From Camelus ferus (lineage: Eukaryota), in the NCBI RefSeq assembly GCF_009834535.1, contig NC_045696.1, positions 96,102,001-96,166,000 on the forward strand: DNA of 64,000 nucleotides, read 5' to 3'. The notes below the pieces were generated by a model. The model was not told the origin of the DNA. It saw nothing but the letters and a program-made list of their open reading frames with translations, and made no database searches. The translations under genes were made by a program, and so were the position numbers. Of the stretch, positions 1 to 13,311 are shown piece after piece. Every line of letters begins with the position of its first letter. Positions within the stretch are counted from its first letter, which is position 1.

Positions 1-1230
1 AAATCTGTGCATTTTGATTGACATTGGTGGTATCAGTATAAACTCATGATTATACACACACACAATTATGCCGATGGATTTTTTTTTTCCCTAGCTCTTC
101 CTGCTGAAAGGGCCTAGAAGCAATTGCCCACACATTGCCCACAGCAATAAGCACACAGTGCCCAGATCTTGGTTTTCGGCGTTCCATGAAGGAATGAGTA
201 ATTCCAGGTTCGGTACCGGGAAAGTACAAGACAGGCCAGAAAGTAGAAAATACTTGTTACTCAAAAAAAGACGCGGGGGTGGGGGTGGGGGCGGGGAGAT
301 GTATGTCAAAATAACACAAAAGCCAGTATGAAAAGATTCATACACTGAACAAATCTGGGACAACTTGAACATGAAAATATCTAAGGACAGTATATTACGA
401 TCTATACAGAAAACAAATGAACAGAAGGAAAGGAGGAAGGGGAATGGCAGGGAGGGAGGGAGAGGGTAGATTCTACCTGAGAGTAGAATGCAAACTCAAA
501 AATGTGGAGGGAACAGAGGAGCTGGGAAAAGTCATTTTGCAACCATCACCGTAAAGACTGGTTTGGACAAGAATCAAATGGATGCTATGTGGGAGGTGGG
601 GGAGTTTGATGAGGAGCAGAAAACTTGGCATTGTCTCAAAGTTGTCTCCCTAAAATTATTTATTAATTGCAAGGGAAAAAATAATAACTATACAACAGAA
701 AAATCAAAAAACCACTCAATGGAGACAGCTTGATCAAAATTAACATCACCACTGAGGTGCAAATAGACATCACGTGCCTTCGCATGTGATTACCGGAGAG
801 GAACACAGCCTGTTTCTGGGGTATCTAGGCCAGGAATGCATAATCTGAAGCTAATTTACAGGAAACTTCAGACAAATCCAACATTACTGGGAAACTGACA
901 AAATTGGAATGCGGCCCATAGGTGAGAAAAAATTTACAGCACCAATACTAAATATCCTGATTCCTGATAACTGTATTTTGCTTATATTAATCAATAAAGG
1001 AGGAAGTATTGAAAAGTAAAGTAGAATAATGTATCTCACATAATCTCCAATGGTTCAACAACAACAAAAAATGTTTTAAGTATACGCATCCACATTTACA
1101 CACAAAAATAGAATTATAAAGCAGATATAGTAATACGCAAAAAAAATGAGTGTTTAAAGGGTATACTAGAGCCATTTATCATGATGACAGCTTTTCAGCA
1201 AATTTGAAATTATTTCAAAACAAAGTTAGC
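1..1230 (+). mobile_element. Old LINE-1 (L1M-type) 3' region remnants, boundaries approximate
   Basis: Motifs resembling ancient L1 3' ends (ccagatcttggttt, aaatctgggacaacttgaac, attatttattaattgcaaggg, aatttgaaattatttcaaaa). No open frame. Confidence 0.45.
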
Positions 1231-1338
1231 AGGAAAAAGAGAACCATCTATGTACAAGTTTCCTACTATACTGGGCCTCTCTCTCCAAAAGAACAGTTAC
1301 ACAGCCAAAGTCAAAGGCAAGTTAAATCTGAAGCGTAC

Positions 1339-1538
1339 CTGTTGACAGATAGTCCTCAGTACATATCGAGCATATTCTCGTAAATTGGCAGTTTCTATGG
1401 AAATGCTTTTCCCGCAGGATTTTGAATTTTGCGAGGCAGCCCAGATGTCATCAGCATTCCCATCCCGTCGTAAACCCCTCACAGCAAAGTCGTCATTCTT
1501 TATAGAGCTGACACTGTTATTGCCAATTTTGGCATCTC
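1339..1538 (-). CDS. MED12L: MED12L coding exon, 200 bp (DAKIGNNSVSSIKNDDFAVRGLRRDGNADDIWAASQNSKSCGKSISIETANLREYARYVLRTICQQ); gene continues beyond the window start
   Basis: Acceptor ttctgttatttAG, donor CAG|GTACGC. Phase 1 in, phase 0 out. All 11 exons total 1614 nt, i.e. 538 codons with no stop. Confidence 0.93.
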
Positions 1539-3723
1539 CTAAATAACAGAATCACAAAAGCAAAATCACAGAAGTTCAAAATATTGCCAGATATTTGGAA
1601 AATAAACGAGCCAAGCATTCAGGGATTTAAAACATGTGAATGGGATCATCATTTCACAGCCAGATGTTCAGCAATAGAGAGAATGGATCAGGAGAGTCAA
1701 TGCTAGAACGCAGAGAAGTTTCACCAGACATGAGGGGGAAAGAAAAAGCACGTTCAAGACTCATTCTTTATTTTATTTACAGAATTAAGTATGCTTTCAC
1801 CAAACTTGGAAAGGCCATTAGGAATCACACTTAATAATCACAGAACATGGATTTCACCAATATTTCAAGCACGAATGTATTCAAATTCATTTGACTTATA
1901 GACAAGGAAAAAAATGGGTTACTCACCCTTCTAGATGTCCCTTTTCCATTTCTTCTCTTACAATGACTTATTTTCTATCCATAGGTCAAGAGAAAAGTTT
2001 TGCCTTAGCCCACCTTACTATCAACTTCTTGACAAGAGAGATTTATTTCCCTGGGGATGGAAAAGGGCAATGCATACTAAGGAAGCCCTGGAAAATAGGG
2101 CATTCATTGAATAACCCATGCCTTTCACTTTCCTCTCCATATACATCCAAATTAGAAAACCTCAGCTGATTAATCTCTAACATATTCAGTAAAATGAAGC
2201 TAAGGAAAGTGTTTTCCTCATAACAAAGTTCTGGGGGTGGGGAGAGGGGAACTGAGCAGAATGGTTGAATAGCTAGAAAGAAGACATCTTCTCTAGCCAT
2301 GAAAGACAAATAATTGCCATATTTTAAAAGGGAGAAAATAATAGAATTTGATAATAAAGATTGCCAAATGGCAACAGAGCCTCCAAAGTCTTGTCTGTTC
2401 ACCCACAGAATCATGAGCATAGAACAGGAAAATTTTCTGAAACCAACAAATGAGTTTAGACAAGGCCCTCAGCGCTTCACTGTAAGTGAAACCAAGCCCA
2501 GGTCAGTGCAAAAAGCCTTTTAAAACCCACAGGTCAACCAAGAAAAAGTTTTGACCCTGCTGAAAAAATTTCAAAAAATCAGAATTGCTTAGTGAGTATT
2601 ATAAAATCATAGGAGGAGGGAAGGAATAAACAATACATTTCAACTCATTGATATCTTGTTACGTATAATCATACCTTTCTCATTCAAATATTCATACAAT
2701 AAGTACCAAGCTCACTTGACTCACAGAAGTTTATTTAATTCAATAGAGCTGAAACAAAGGCCAAATTCTACACGTACCAACATTTAGCATGACTCTTCCA
2801 ATCTTAGGTGATATAAACAACTATTTCTACACCTTAAGTTAAACTACTACAGAAATTAGAAACCAAATTCTATAAAACAGCTCTATCTCTCTAACTCAAA
2901 ATAGATCCCAGCGGACAGGACTTGAGGGAACATGGATAAGGACATGGTGAGGTTAATACAATTGTAAAAACAAAAACAAAGAAACAAACACTTCTGCCAG
3001 TCTAGGAGATCCTCATTCAGTTTAGCTGTTAGAATGACAGAGAAGGTCTGGAAGGCTGTGCCAGAAACTTCTGCAATCGCAGAGACAATACAAGAAATAC
3101 AGTGTTCAGTGGCTGCCTTGTTCAAGGCTCTGCTGACATTTAGCAAGCCTGCTCCTGACTTCTCAGACCTGAAGAACCCCCCATCACTAAGGAAGCTATT
3201 ATAGAGTCTACCAAGACTGAGGCCAATTAGAAAGTCAAGGGAAGGCAATCAAAGAAAAAACACTGGTGACTATGCATGGATATTAAAATACAGTTATTTG
3301 GATATTTAATGAGGTTGGCAAATTTTACTTGGGATTGGACCAGACCTACAAATCAAGGGGATAATGTCTAGATGGTACGCATCTTGGATTCTGCCATTAA
3401 AATGGTTATCACTTATGCATTCACACTTCCAACATGAGCTTAGTAAAAACCTACCATTTAGTTTCTCTAATGGCCATCAGAGATACTGCAGTAAAAAAGT
3501 GAGTCCCTGACTTCAAGGTCCATACATTTATTTTTAAATAGAATTGACCAGCCAGCTTTCCTTTCAAACATAATCAGAGCAGAGCAATCTTAGTGAAACG
3601 AGCATTTGATGTCGGCTGTAGACCACCACAAGCCCCTGCTCCTGAGCTCAGCAGGGAGGGTGTGGCCCTCCACATGGCTCTGCCTTTCCCCTTCTACTAC
3701 AAAGTCCACGGACATTTCAAAAG

Positions 3724-3725
<2 letters not shown>

Positions 3726-3762
<37 letters not shown>
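3726..3762 (+). repeat. (GT)18 microsatellite in a MED12L intron
   Basis: Perfect dinucleotide run, read directly. Confidence 0.97.
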
Positions 3763-3764
<2 letters not shown>

Positions 3765-4695
3765 GGTCAACTTTTAATAGTTTGTTTTATGAAAACCCTG
3801 TTGCCCTTCCTCATCACCAAATAACACTTTTCAAGGAGGAGCGGAAAGGGTCAGGGTGTGTTCTCAAACACGTTTAAGACTCATCTGAAACAATTCCTAT
3901 CCCCTCAGTAATTGCAGTTCTAATCAAAGGGGGCTCCTTGGAACATGAAATAACTTTCATTTAGTCAAGACCAAAAGAGGGTACCCAAAGTTGAAATTAG
4001 ACAATGTGAATTCAAGGCTTCCTAATCTTTCAAATCATAAATAATCTACAGAAAAGAAGTATCTTAAGGTACTGCACTGTAAATGAACAGAAAATTCTAG
4101 GAGAATTTATATCAATAAAGATACAAGATGCCTTGGATATTATAAATTAAATGAAAATGAAGTTGTGATAATTTAATATTGATTTATCAACAGTATCAGT
4201 ATCACTACAATTACCACCTGATTCACGGAAAAAAAAAAAAAAAGGCAGGCAGATATAAACTTGTTCTGGGTCACGATGGAAGCAGAAAAACTAAGGTCAA
4301 AACCTGGATTTTCTGGTGTTCTACTCTTGGACTATAATATGAAATTTAAACCTTTAAATAGATTACCAAGTCAACTGTGTCCATCACAAAGTGTGACTTC
4401 CATCAATAAATGAAATCAAAACAACCCTGTGGGTCTACTGATCTATATTATATCAGAATGAGATGTCCTGCAGTTAAAAATGCCACAAAAAAGTATTATT
4501 TTTAAATTCCCCCAGAACTGCAGGTAAGGGACAGACTCCTCCGAGTCTAACTGAACATGAACCTGGAAAAAAGCCAACAATTTTTCCAGGAGAACAAACA
4601 AAAAAGTTTCTACTAATACAGAGTTACACCTGAATACAAATTATTTTGCCTCAGTTGCTGGTGATTAACCAAGCTGAGTGCCAGGATAGTCTTAC

Positions 4696-4809
4696 CAAGC
4701 ATCATAATTGCTTTTAAGACAGCAAACACAGCTCCCACTTCAATGCTGTTGTGAGCAGCGGCCAAGAGGTGTCTGTCACAGGATGATCTTATTCCGGGGA
4801 AAGGCTTTC
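4696..4809 (-). CDS. MED12L: MED12L coding exon, 114 bp ([37 protein letters not shown](G))
   Basis: Acceptor tttttctcatAG, donor TTG|GTAAGA. Contains the MED12-family SCDRHLLAA motif. Confidence 0.94.
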
Positions 4810-5524
4810 CTATGAGAAAAACAACAAACCCTTAATAGTCTCATCACCATCATTAACAATCTTTTGTAACCGTTTACAGTCAGCAGGGCCTTTCATTGTT
4901 AGACTGTGGGTGCTTAATTGCTATTAGCCAGCTTTAATTGAAGCTTCATGGACCCACTAAGAAACACTGCCAAGTACTCCTTACTTAACCTTTTCTTTTT
5001 CATTGTTAAGACAATGGCTTTGCTCTTTTTGAGATGTATTTAAAAAAAAAAAGTTAGCAGGACTTTTAACCAGTTCTGCTGATTGTCTGTCTCACACACA
5101 CACAGAAATGATCCTTAGGAACAGACTTGCACTAACACCCCTAGAATCCTTACCTTACTCCTTTTACCTAAGTAGTAAGAACAAATGAATCACCACTGCC
5201 CTAAGCCACCACGGTGTGGTTCCTAAGAACACATACAGGACCTGCTGGAAGATCATGCTGCCCACCAGCACCGCTTGGCTGAAGAGCAGAGGTATTTTTA
5301 TTGTGTATTAACTCTTGCTGTGAGTTTCTCAATACATCCTGACATTACATAAGTGAAAGGTGCTGACAGCCCCTCCCAGTGGCAGAACCCCATTCCCTCA
5401 TTGCCTCGCAGTAAGCCCACCGAAACCAGGAAGGAAATTACAGAATGGACGGCCCACTCGGTCAGTTTAGAACCTATAGCTCCAAATGAAAACAACATCC
5501 AAGATTTTCCAGCTGTCGGCTCAC

Positions 5525-5626
5525 CAGTTGCCTGGGGTAACAGACAGGCCTGGGGAGCTCGGAAGAGATGAAGCAGGAGTCGGCATGTCATTCTCGCCCC
5601 AGGCTCAGCGTCCGCATCTCCGCAAG
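5525..5626 (-). CDS. MED12L: MED12L coding exon, 102 bp (CGDADAEPGARMTCRLLLHLFRAPQACLLPQAT(G))
   Basis: Acceptor tccctctctcctAG, donor CTG|GTGAGC. Phase 1/1. Confidence 0.93.
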
Positions 5627-5995
5627 CTAGGAGAGAGGGATTTCAAGAGCGAGTTTTCTAACGTACCCAAGAACGTGTCTTCAGCATTTCTGTTACTTTA
5701 CGTATTCTGGAATAATAAATCAATGCTCCTTAACGGTAAAAAGTAAGGCACAGCACTGGCCATGCTTCTCGAGGAACCTAAGTGCCTCCTTAAAAGCAGG
5801 TACTAAGAGTCATTTCCAGCCTTTTCCATAGGAACACTGGAACAGCTATTATAATTCTACCATCTCTACCTTGATGTGACATCACTGCCCAATGCAAGTC
5901 CCCTTAAATTCTACTTTCACTGCATCATAATAGTTAGAAACCACTGTACCAGACAACAGTCAAACAAGCACCGCCGCGCCTGGATGCAGCCTTAC

Positions 5996-6116
5996 CTGCG
6001 GCTAGGAGAGAGGGAAGAGCGACGTGCTGCACGACGTCCTCCAGGGAGAAACACTGTCGTGCTATCAGAATAGCAATGAAAGTAGCTAATGAATCATGGA
6101 ATGAAAGGTCACTCAC
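5996..6116 (-). CDS. MED12L: MED12L coding exon, 121 bp ([40 protein letters not shown](A))
   Basis: Acceptor gtttttcttgaAG, donor CAG|GTAAGG. Overlaps ORF-track entry 5934..6137. Confidence 0.93.
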
Positions 6117-7757
6117 CTTCAAGAAAAACATTGACACGTTTTAATACCTAACATCCTTTTCAGTAACATCTAAGATTATTATCTAAGAGAATGTAGGCAA
6201 CACCAATAAGATCGCAATTCCCAAAACGAACCAACAGAGTGAAATAACTTATGATTACCATCCTCTAGGCCTCTTTCTACTTTGTAACACAAAGAATGAG
6301 GTTTGCCCACATCCCAAAGCTACAGGAAGATGCTAAGCTTTACCTTGAGTACATGTCACTGAAATACAAAACAACAAAAAAGCAAAATCAAGAAATCCCT
6401 AAAAGATGTAGCATAAATAAACCTTTTTAGCAGAATGCACTATAATCTATCGTTGCAGGGTAGGACCATTAGGAAGCGAGAGAAAACAAAGAGGTTCTTT
6501 TAATTGAAAAACAAGCCCTATTCACATTTTGGAAGTTCCTTTCAGGAATAACTAATAACGACTTTGTAACATAATTAAATTAGTTTTAAAAACAACTTTG
6601 AACATTTTCACCCGACCTCTAAATTTAAAGAGGAAAGAGCGAAGGAGGGTAAGTGAGAGAGAGAGAATGCAAGAAAGAGAAGAGAAAGAGGTGGAAAACT
6701 AATTCCTCTATGCTTTACAGATCTCACAAGACTCTGGCAGAAAATAATGAGAAAAACAGCTATAACAGCAGCCTTCACATTAAGTCGTCTGTATGCCAGT
6801 GAGTAGGTTGGTCACCTCATTTAATAGCACACCACGGTCAGGTTCATACTATTATTAATTTCAGTTTTACAGATGAGGGAGGAAAGCGGAGTTAAAGGGA
6901 AACAAAAAACAACTGAGAGGTTAAGGAATCATGTTAAAGATAAAAATGGGGTCATTTTCTGTCTGGAAAAGCAGGCCACACACATGTGTTACATATACAT
7001 AAAATCTTAGGTGCCCACAGAAGGGAGTAGGCTTGTCCACCGGTCGTGAGACACCAGAACTGGAATTAAACCTTCAACTGGTAGACAGTTTTTAAAATGG
7101 ACAAAGTTCTTTTATCCGTGAGATATACAAATATATAACACGAATAACTCCAAGAAGCGGTGGGAGTGACAGGCAGAAAAAAAGAACCGAGATGACCTTT
7201 TAAGAAATTCACACACCATGGATGCAACGTGACAGCTGAGGGAATCTGCGATACATACGCGCTCTCTCTTCATACACTTCCAGACACAGTCACCAAGGAA
7301 GCCTGGGCCCCGCTCTGCACCTGAGCCTGCGCGTCCTGATGCGGCACGACAGAACCTATGCTCTTAGATGATTTTTCATCGTAAAGCAACAAAGTGGTTC
7401 TCTTCAGAATGTGAACTACTCTAGCTAAATTATGCCCTGTGCCACAAGGAACCCAAAGCACTCGGTAAAAACTACAAACAAACAGCATTGAGGAGACCAC
7501 ACACAAGAAAATCTCAGCTAACAAATAAGGAAACTCTTGGCATCTCTGCTGTAGATTAGGCTATCTATCTTATTTACTTCGATTTTTTTTTTTTCATTTA
7601 CTTAATCCTTGGCAATCATACCCCGGCTTATTGCTTTGGGAGGAAAAAAACCATTTTTACTCCATTTCAGTTAAAGTCAGAATCAATTTTTAAAAAGTAC
7701 CCACTAACTAAATATATAATGGCACAGTGGAGTTTTTAAATGAAAAAGAAAACTTAC

Positions 7758-7899
7758 GTCTACAGTGCAAAGTACGTCATTAAACCCCCACACGTGGTTT
7801 GAAGAACAGCAGAGAGCCTTCAGGACTCCCAGCCACTCTGAACTGAGAACAGTGCAGCACGCCGTCAGCTCGGAGGAAAAATTGGCTATGTCATTAATC
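7758..7899 (-). CDS. MED12L: MED12L coding exon, 142 bp ([47 protein letters not shown])
   Basis: Acceptor cttctctctAG, donor GAC|GTAAGT. Phase 2 in, phase 0 out. Confidence 0.94.
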
Positions 7900-8532
7900 C
7901 TAGAGAGAAGAAAAAGGAGACGGCAAAAAGTAACAAGAAAGGAACAGACTCACATATGATAAACTTAACAAACACATAATTTCAGTATCATCAAACGTGG
8001 CGTTCATTTCTTAGGTTGAAGGATGTAACCAAAACCCACTTGTCAAATAACCTAGTTGAACTGGAACAGACGGGAAAGGATAAGTCTTCAAATGTTCTCT
8101 GACAGTTAATGCTATTAAGCAACAAACAATAACCAGTAGAGACGCCAATTAACATCTCTGTAGTCCTGTGAATCAAGCTGACATAGAAATTTACATTTTT
8201 AAGGGCATCAAAAAAATTAAATGGCAGGCCTACATCCAGTATTTTTCAAAATATGCGTATTTTTAATTTGTATTTTTATTATATATATATTTTTGTAAAT
8301 GGGTCAGATAACTTATAGATTGTATCTAGAGCATCTCATGCCAGACCAATAAGCCAGATGGAAATCACAGAGTAGAACAGAGGTAAATTCAGAAATAAAG
8401 TAAAAGTGAAAAAAAAAAAAAAAAAAAGCAGCAAACAAAAGCCAAATGTCAGCTTAGGCAATTATCAGAGACCTTAATTACAAAGCAGCACCAATGCAGT
8501 AACCACGAGGTTCACCGTGAACCCCTGCTCAC

Positions 8533-8760
8533 CTTCCAGCGTCCTGATGGCCCATACACACATTCATGAGTGTGTTGCAGACGAAGCTGTAGCGATTGGC
8601 CGCGTTGTCACTGAGGATCTTGCCCAGCATTGAGTAGTTGATGCTACGGGCTGAGGGATTCTCAATAAAATCCATCATGAAGTCTGGATCCCATCGCAAG
8701 TTAGAATTTGCAGGAATCACATTATTATATATGGTCTGCTTGACTTTAGAACAGGCACTA
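8533..8760 (-). CDS. MED12L: MED12L coding exon, 228 bp ([75 protein letters not shown](R)); tandem acceptor gives an alternative start at 8757
   Basis: Acceptor ataacctcAG|TAG, donor AG|GTGAGC. Overlaps ORF-track entry 8529..8846. Confidence 0.94.
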
Positions 8761-11700
8761 CTGAGGTTATAAGAAGAAGAGTTAAAAAACAAAACAAAAC
8801 TAAACCAGAAAGTTATTTCATTCAAGGACAGATTAAATGGCAGCAACTATAATGTATTCCTAGAGAAGGTTCACAATGATGGGTTCTTGATTCCAACCTC
8901 TTAATAATCAGCACTGGACACAGTGCCTGGCATGTTCTAGTTGCTCAATAGTTACTGAATGGGGGAAGAACAAAACAGGAATGAGACATCTGGGCACTAA
9001 TCTTACTTAGTGTTAAGTCTTTTCTACATTTTACATGCTTTAAAAATAAAAGAATTTACTAAGGCTTCCAAAAACTGTCTCTGAACAGTGGTTGAAAAGT
9101 GCTATTACTTAAGAATAATAAAAATGGACTAGAGGACACATCAGGAATAACGGGTTTTAGTCCTAATCATATATCCTGTAAAGCTATTCCTCTAGGTACG
9201 ATGTATCCAGGGGAGGTTCATGTGCCAAGGCTACTCTGGGCTCCGTGGTGCAGCTGTGAGAGAGGGGTTCACTCCCTGCCTTAAATTCCAGTAGCGGGAT
9301 AAGAATTTATGAGAGTAAAGAAACTATTATATTGTCCCTTAACACTTACCATGTTGTGTTTCTCAGCAGTATTTAGAGATTTTTAAAAGCCTGGTCTACC
9401 AGTTCATGTTTCGGTGAGTTTCATCCAAGTAAGATACAGAATATTCAAAGTATATAAAGGGAATTAGAAAACACCCCCCAGCCCTGCTCCGCACGTGAGG
9501 CTGAAGGATGCTCTGATTGCCAAGCTCAGATTCCACGTCCACTTCGCCCTTCTGGCCCACTTGCTGTGGATACCAAATCCAGAAGCAACACTGTACCTTC
9601 TCCGTTCAAGAGCTCTTTTAAGCAGCAGAAAGTCTTTTACTTTAAGATTAAGCTTTGGCAGCAAATTTATTTGTGATCAAGGAGACACATCCTAGTCTTA
9701 TGCACCTACATAAACAGTAGCCAGGAATGATTTCCTCAAAGATGAAAAGGCATATAGACCCTTTACCCTAAACGGTTACCACTGACAACTGCTTTAAGGA
9801 AACAGAGATGGTTCAGTTCAATGTTTACCAAAATGTGACTTCAGAATTCTTCCTTCAGAATCACCTCTGGGGTGTTTGTTACAATGGGACTTCTGGGCCT
9901 CACCGTAGGTAGACTGAATCTGCATGTTTAAAAAGGTGTCCTTGGTAAAACTAAGTGCCAAATATGCTTGGAAAGCACTGGGCAAAGAGGACTAAAGCCA
10001 CCCACTAAACGGCAGCAAACACAATCTTCAACCCTTTCTTTGCAGACAATTTATATAAAAACTTGTCAGTGGTCACTGAAGGATACAAGTTTGCAATCTG
10101 GAGCCATGACCTATTCAAAATGATGGACATTATATGGTTCCCAGTGCTTTTAAAATTTCCCCTTTCCCTGTCTTAACCCTTACCACACTTTCCACTCAAC
10201 TTTTCAAATATTCTCACTTAGCAATAATTCTTAATTTGTTTCACTTTCCCACTAAAAATGAAACAAAAATAAACTTTGCTCTTTGCTGGTTCCTTCCCTA
10301 ACATCTCCTTCCTGGTTTCCTCCACCTCCCAATGCCCTAAATGTTTAAAGAAACAGCCTTCTGCGAAGAGTATTCAACTTCCCACTTAATTCTAATAATC
10401 TATCCATGTCTTTCTTTAGAAGCCAAAAGAATTCTGCTTTTCTTCATTGATTTTTGTTAAGACTCAGCCTCACTTTTCTATTAGTATAGAGACTTCTCTC
10501 AGGTTGATGTCCACCTGCATCCTCTCATAATTTTTCTGAACTCTGGCTCATGGTGAAGTCTCCTCACCCTTCATTTCTAGGCCTCCTGTGTCATTTATTA
10601 CACTCTTTCCAGATGAGCTTCTAGGCTTTAATAAAACGTTAGCTGCCACCTAGGTCACTCACAAATTCTTAGCACTACTGCAGGTGCATATGAAGTTAAA
10701 AAAAAAAAATACTCAGACATTTCCTTCTAAAACTGCATGTATCAGAAATACTTGATAGAGTAATGAAAGCAACATACACCTTAAGGCCAAAATGACTTAC
10801 GTTCAAATCGAGGCTTCATCATTTATTAACTTATGACGAGGAACAATCGTTTATTCAGAGGAAAAATCATTTCTGCCTCCCAGGATTGCCAGAAGACCTT
10901 TGTGGAAACACCTCAGCACAGCGCCAGGCACACTGCAGCAGCTCCACCAGAGGCAGAAATGATCGGTGCTCCTTCTCCCAAGTATCACCGTACACAACTT
11001 TACAGATGGTGTTTCAGACCCACTCATTAAAATCGGTTTATTAGTATACAAACAGAAATCTCTCTTGCCTATCTAGCTTTTGTTCCACCATTTTTCCTAA
11101 TCCCAAACTGCAAATAATGCCTGATTTGAAGGTTTCCCAAGAGAGTTCCACTTCTCTTTCATGTCTTGGATCTGGGAAACTTCAGACAGGTCACCACTGT
11201 GAAGACCCGAGGTGCTGATCCTAAGTAGCTCCTTGGTTCACAGCTGATCTCCTAAATATCCACACATCCAGTGTGCACCATGTGAATTAGCTCACTTAAC
11301 ACATTTTACTACCTTGCAGGAGCTTGAGGGGTCAGATTTTGTGGCTTTCTTGGTAAGTTCACTACTAAAAACAGGGCTTTTACAAGAACCAAATCACATA
11401 TGAGAAAACTCTGAAAACTAAACTGAAACTGAAAGCTCTCTGTAAAGTAGTAGTTCACAGGGTATGATTATTACATCATTTCTGCTGAAAGGTGTTTCTT
11501 AAGACTCACTTACATATTCATTCCATAGGGATTATTCTGAAAACTAATTCATTTCATAAGGTCATGCTTTCACATTTTTCCCTATCAATACCATTAAAAA
11601 TATGATTTTGGGGGGTATATATCACTCATTCAACAGGTTTTTTGTAGTGCCTTCTATGAGCCAGACATTCTTCAAAGTATTGGAATAGAGCAATGAAGAA

Positions 11701-11891
11701 AACAGCAAAAGTTTCTGCTCTAGGAAGGAGCCTGACCATAAATAAATATGTAACATTCGGGGCGGGAAGCAAGTGCTAAAGTTCAGAGAATGACAGAGGG
11801 TGGGGGGAGGGGCCCACTATTTAAAATAATCTTGTCAGATTCTGTCAGCACTGCATCCTATTCAACCTGTTTATCAATAATTGATAGTATT

Positions 11892-12132
11892 GGGATAAAT
11901 TAGGAGTTTGGGGTTAGCAGATACTAACTACTACATATAAAACAGATAAACAACAAGGTCCTGCTGCATAGCACAGGAAACTATATTCAATATCCTGTAA
12001 CAAACCATAAGGGAAAAGAATCTGAAAAAGAGTATATGTATACATGTATAACTGAGTCACTCTGCTGTACACCAGAAACAAACACAACACTGTAAATCAA
12101 CTATATTTCAGTAAAAAAAAATTTAAAAAAAA
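11892..12132 (+). mobile_element. 5'-truncated LINE-1 3' end (cetartiodactyl-type 3'UTR) with A-rich tail
   Basis: ataaacaacaaggtcctgctgcatagcacaggaaactatattcaatatcctgtaa...ataactgagtcactctgctgtacaccagaaac...aacactgtaaatcaactat followed by an A tail. Confidence 0.8.
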
Positions 12133-13179
12133 TCAAATAGTGTAGTCAGGGAGGCAGAACCTGGAATGAACTGTGAAAGGGAGCAAGCAAGTAACCGCGG
12201 GGAAGCGTCACGAGAGAGGTATCAGCAGGTGTAAAAGCCCAAGATGGGAGTGTGCTTTCGAGGGCTTAGAGACCAATAAGGTCCACGTGGTCAGAACGGA
12301 GTGATCAGAGGGAAAGAGGTCGAAGACAGACTGGAACCATAGATCCTGGAGGCTAGGTAAGGACTTGAATTTTATTCTGAGTAGATGAGAAGACGTTGGA
12401 AAACTTCAAGTTATTCTTGTTTCAAAAGGTTAGAAGATACATTGAGAATATGCTTCATTGAGTCAAGGGTGCATGCAGGGAAAGCAGTTAGAAGGATGCT
12501 GGGATGGTCCAACCAAGAGATGAACATGGTGTTAACGGCATAGCCGTGAAGAGCGGCCAAGCTCTAGAGGTGCCTGGGAGGCGGAGTTAGGGAGAAGCTG
12601 GATGCAAGGTATCAGACAGCGAAGAAAACTGTAGTTGGTCGTTCTTCCCTTGCCTTGCCTGCTTCTAAATTCCAAATTTATTTTTCCAGCTATTACTGTC
12701 TCCTTCCCTTCCCCCACTTACAATTCATCGTCTATATTTCCTGAAATAACATTAAATAATCAAATATAGATTTCTCCATCACCTGTCTACCTGTTGCTGG
12801 TACTAGTGCTAATAAGGAAGAGAATGTCAGGGAGTCAGGGATGCTATTTGAAATAGGAAGGTCAAGGAGGCAGAGAAGTGAACATAGGAAGAAAGGAAGT
12901 ATGCAAATGGTGGGGAAACAATACTCCAAGGGAGGTAACAGCAAGTGCAAAATTTACAATATTCTCTCTCAAGTTTATCTCAAACTTACAATCAGAGCTA
13001 AAGATGCACAGTAATTTGGAATAGGAGGCTATAGCTATCATGAAAGAGAATTCAGTATGAATTCTGGCAGATATAATTAGGGTTAACTTTCACTATTTAA
13101 AAAGATGACAATATTGGTTGGTCCACTAACAAACGTAGGCATAACCTCATTCCTATTCTTTCGACTTTCTTCTACCCAC

Positions 13180-13311
13180 CTGAAGAGGTCTCCAAATTTA
13201 CTTCGGAGGTGACTACATGACACGTAGAGATCGTAGAGGTAGGCTAAGATGCATCTCTCAGGGGAAGAACATTCGGAGGGGTTCACAACATGCTTTACCA
13301 CACCACACAAT
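13180..13311 (-). CDS. MED12L: MED12L coding exon, 132 bp ([43 protein letters not shown](S))
   Basis: Acceptor ttttctcctcAG, donor AG|GTGGGT. Overlaps ORF-track entry 13083..13310. Confidence 0.94.

Noticed and set aside
8509..8523. Inverted repeat GGTTCAC-C-GTGAACC just inside a MED12L intron
   Set aside because: 7-bp arms are expected by chance in a window of this size, and there is no other support.
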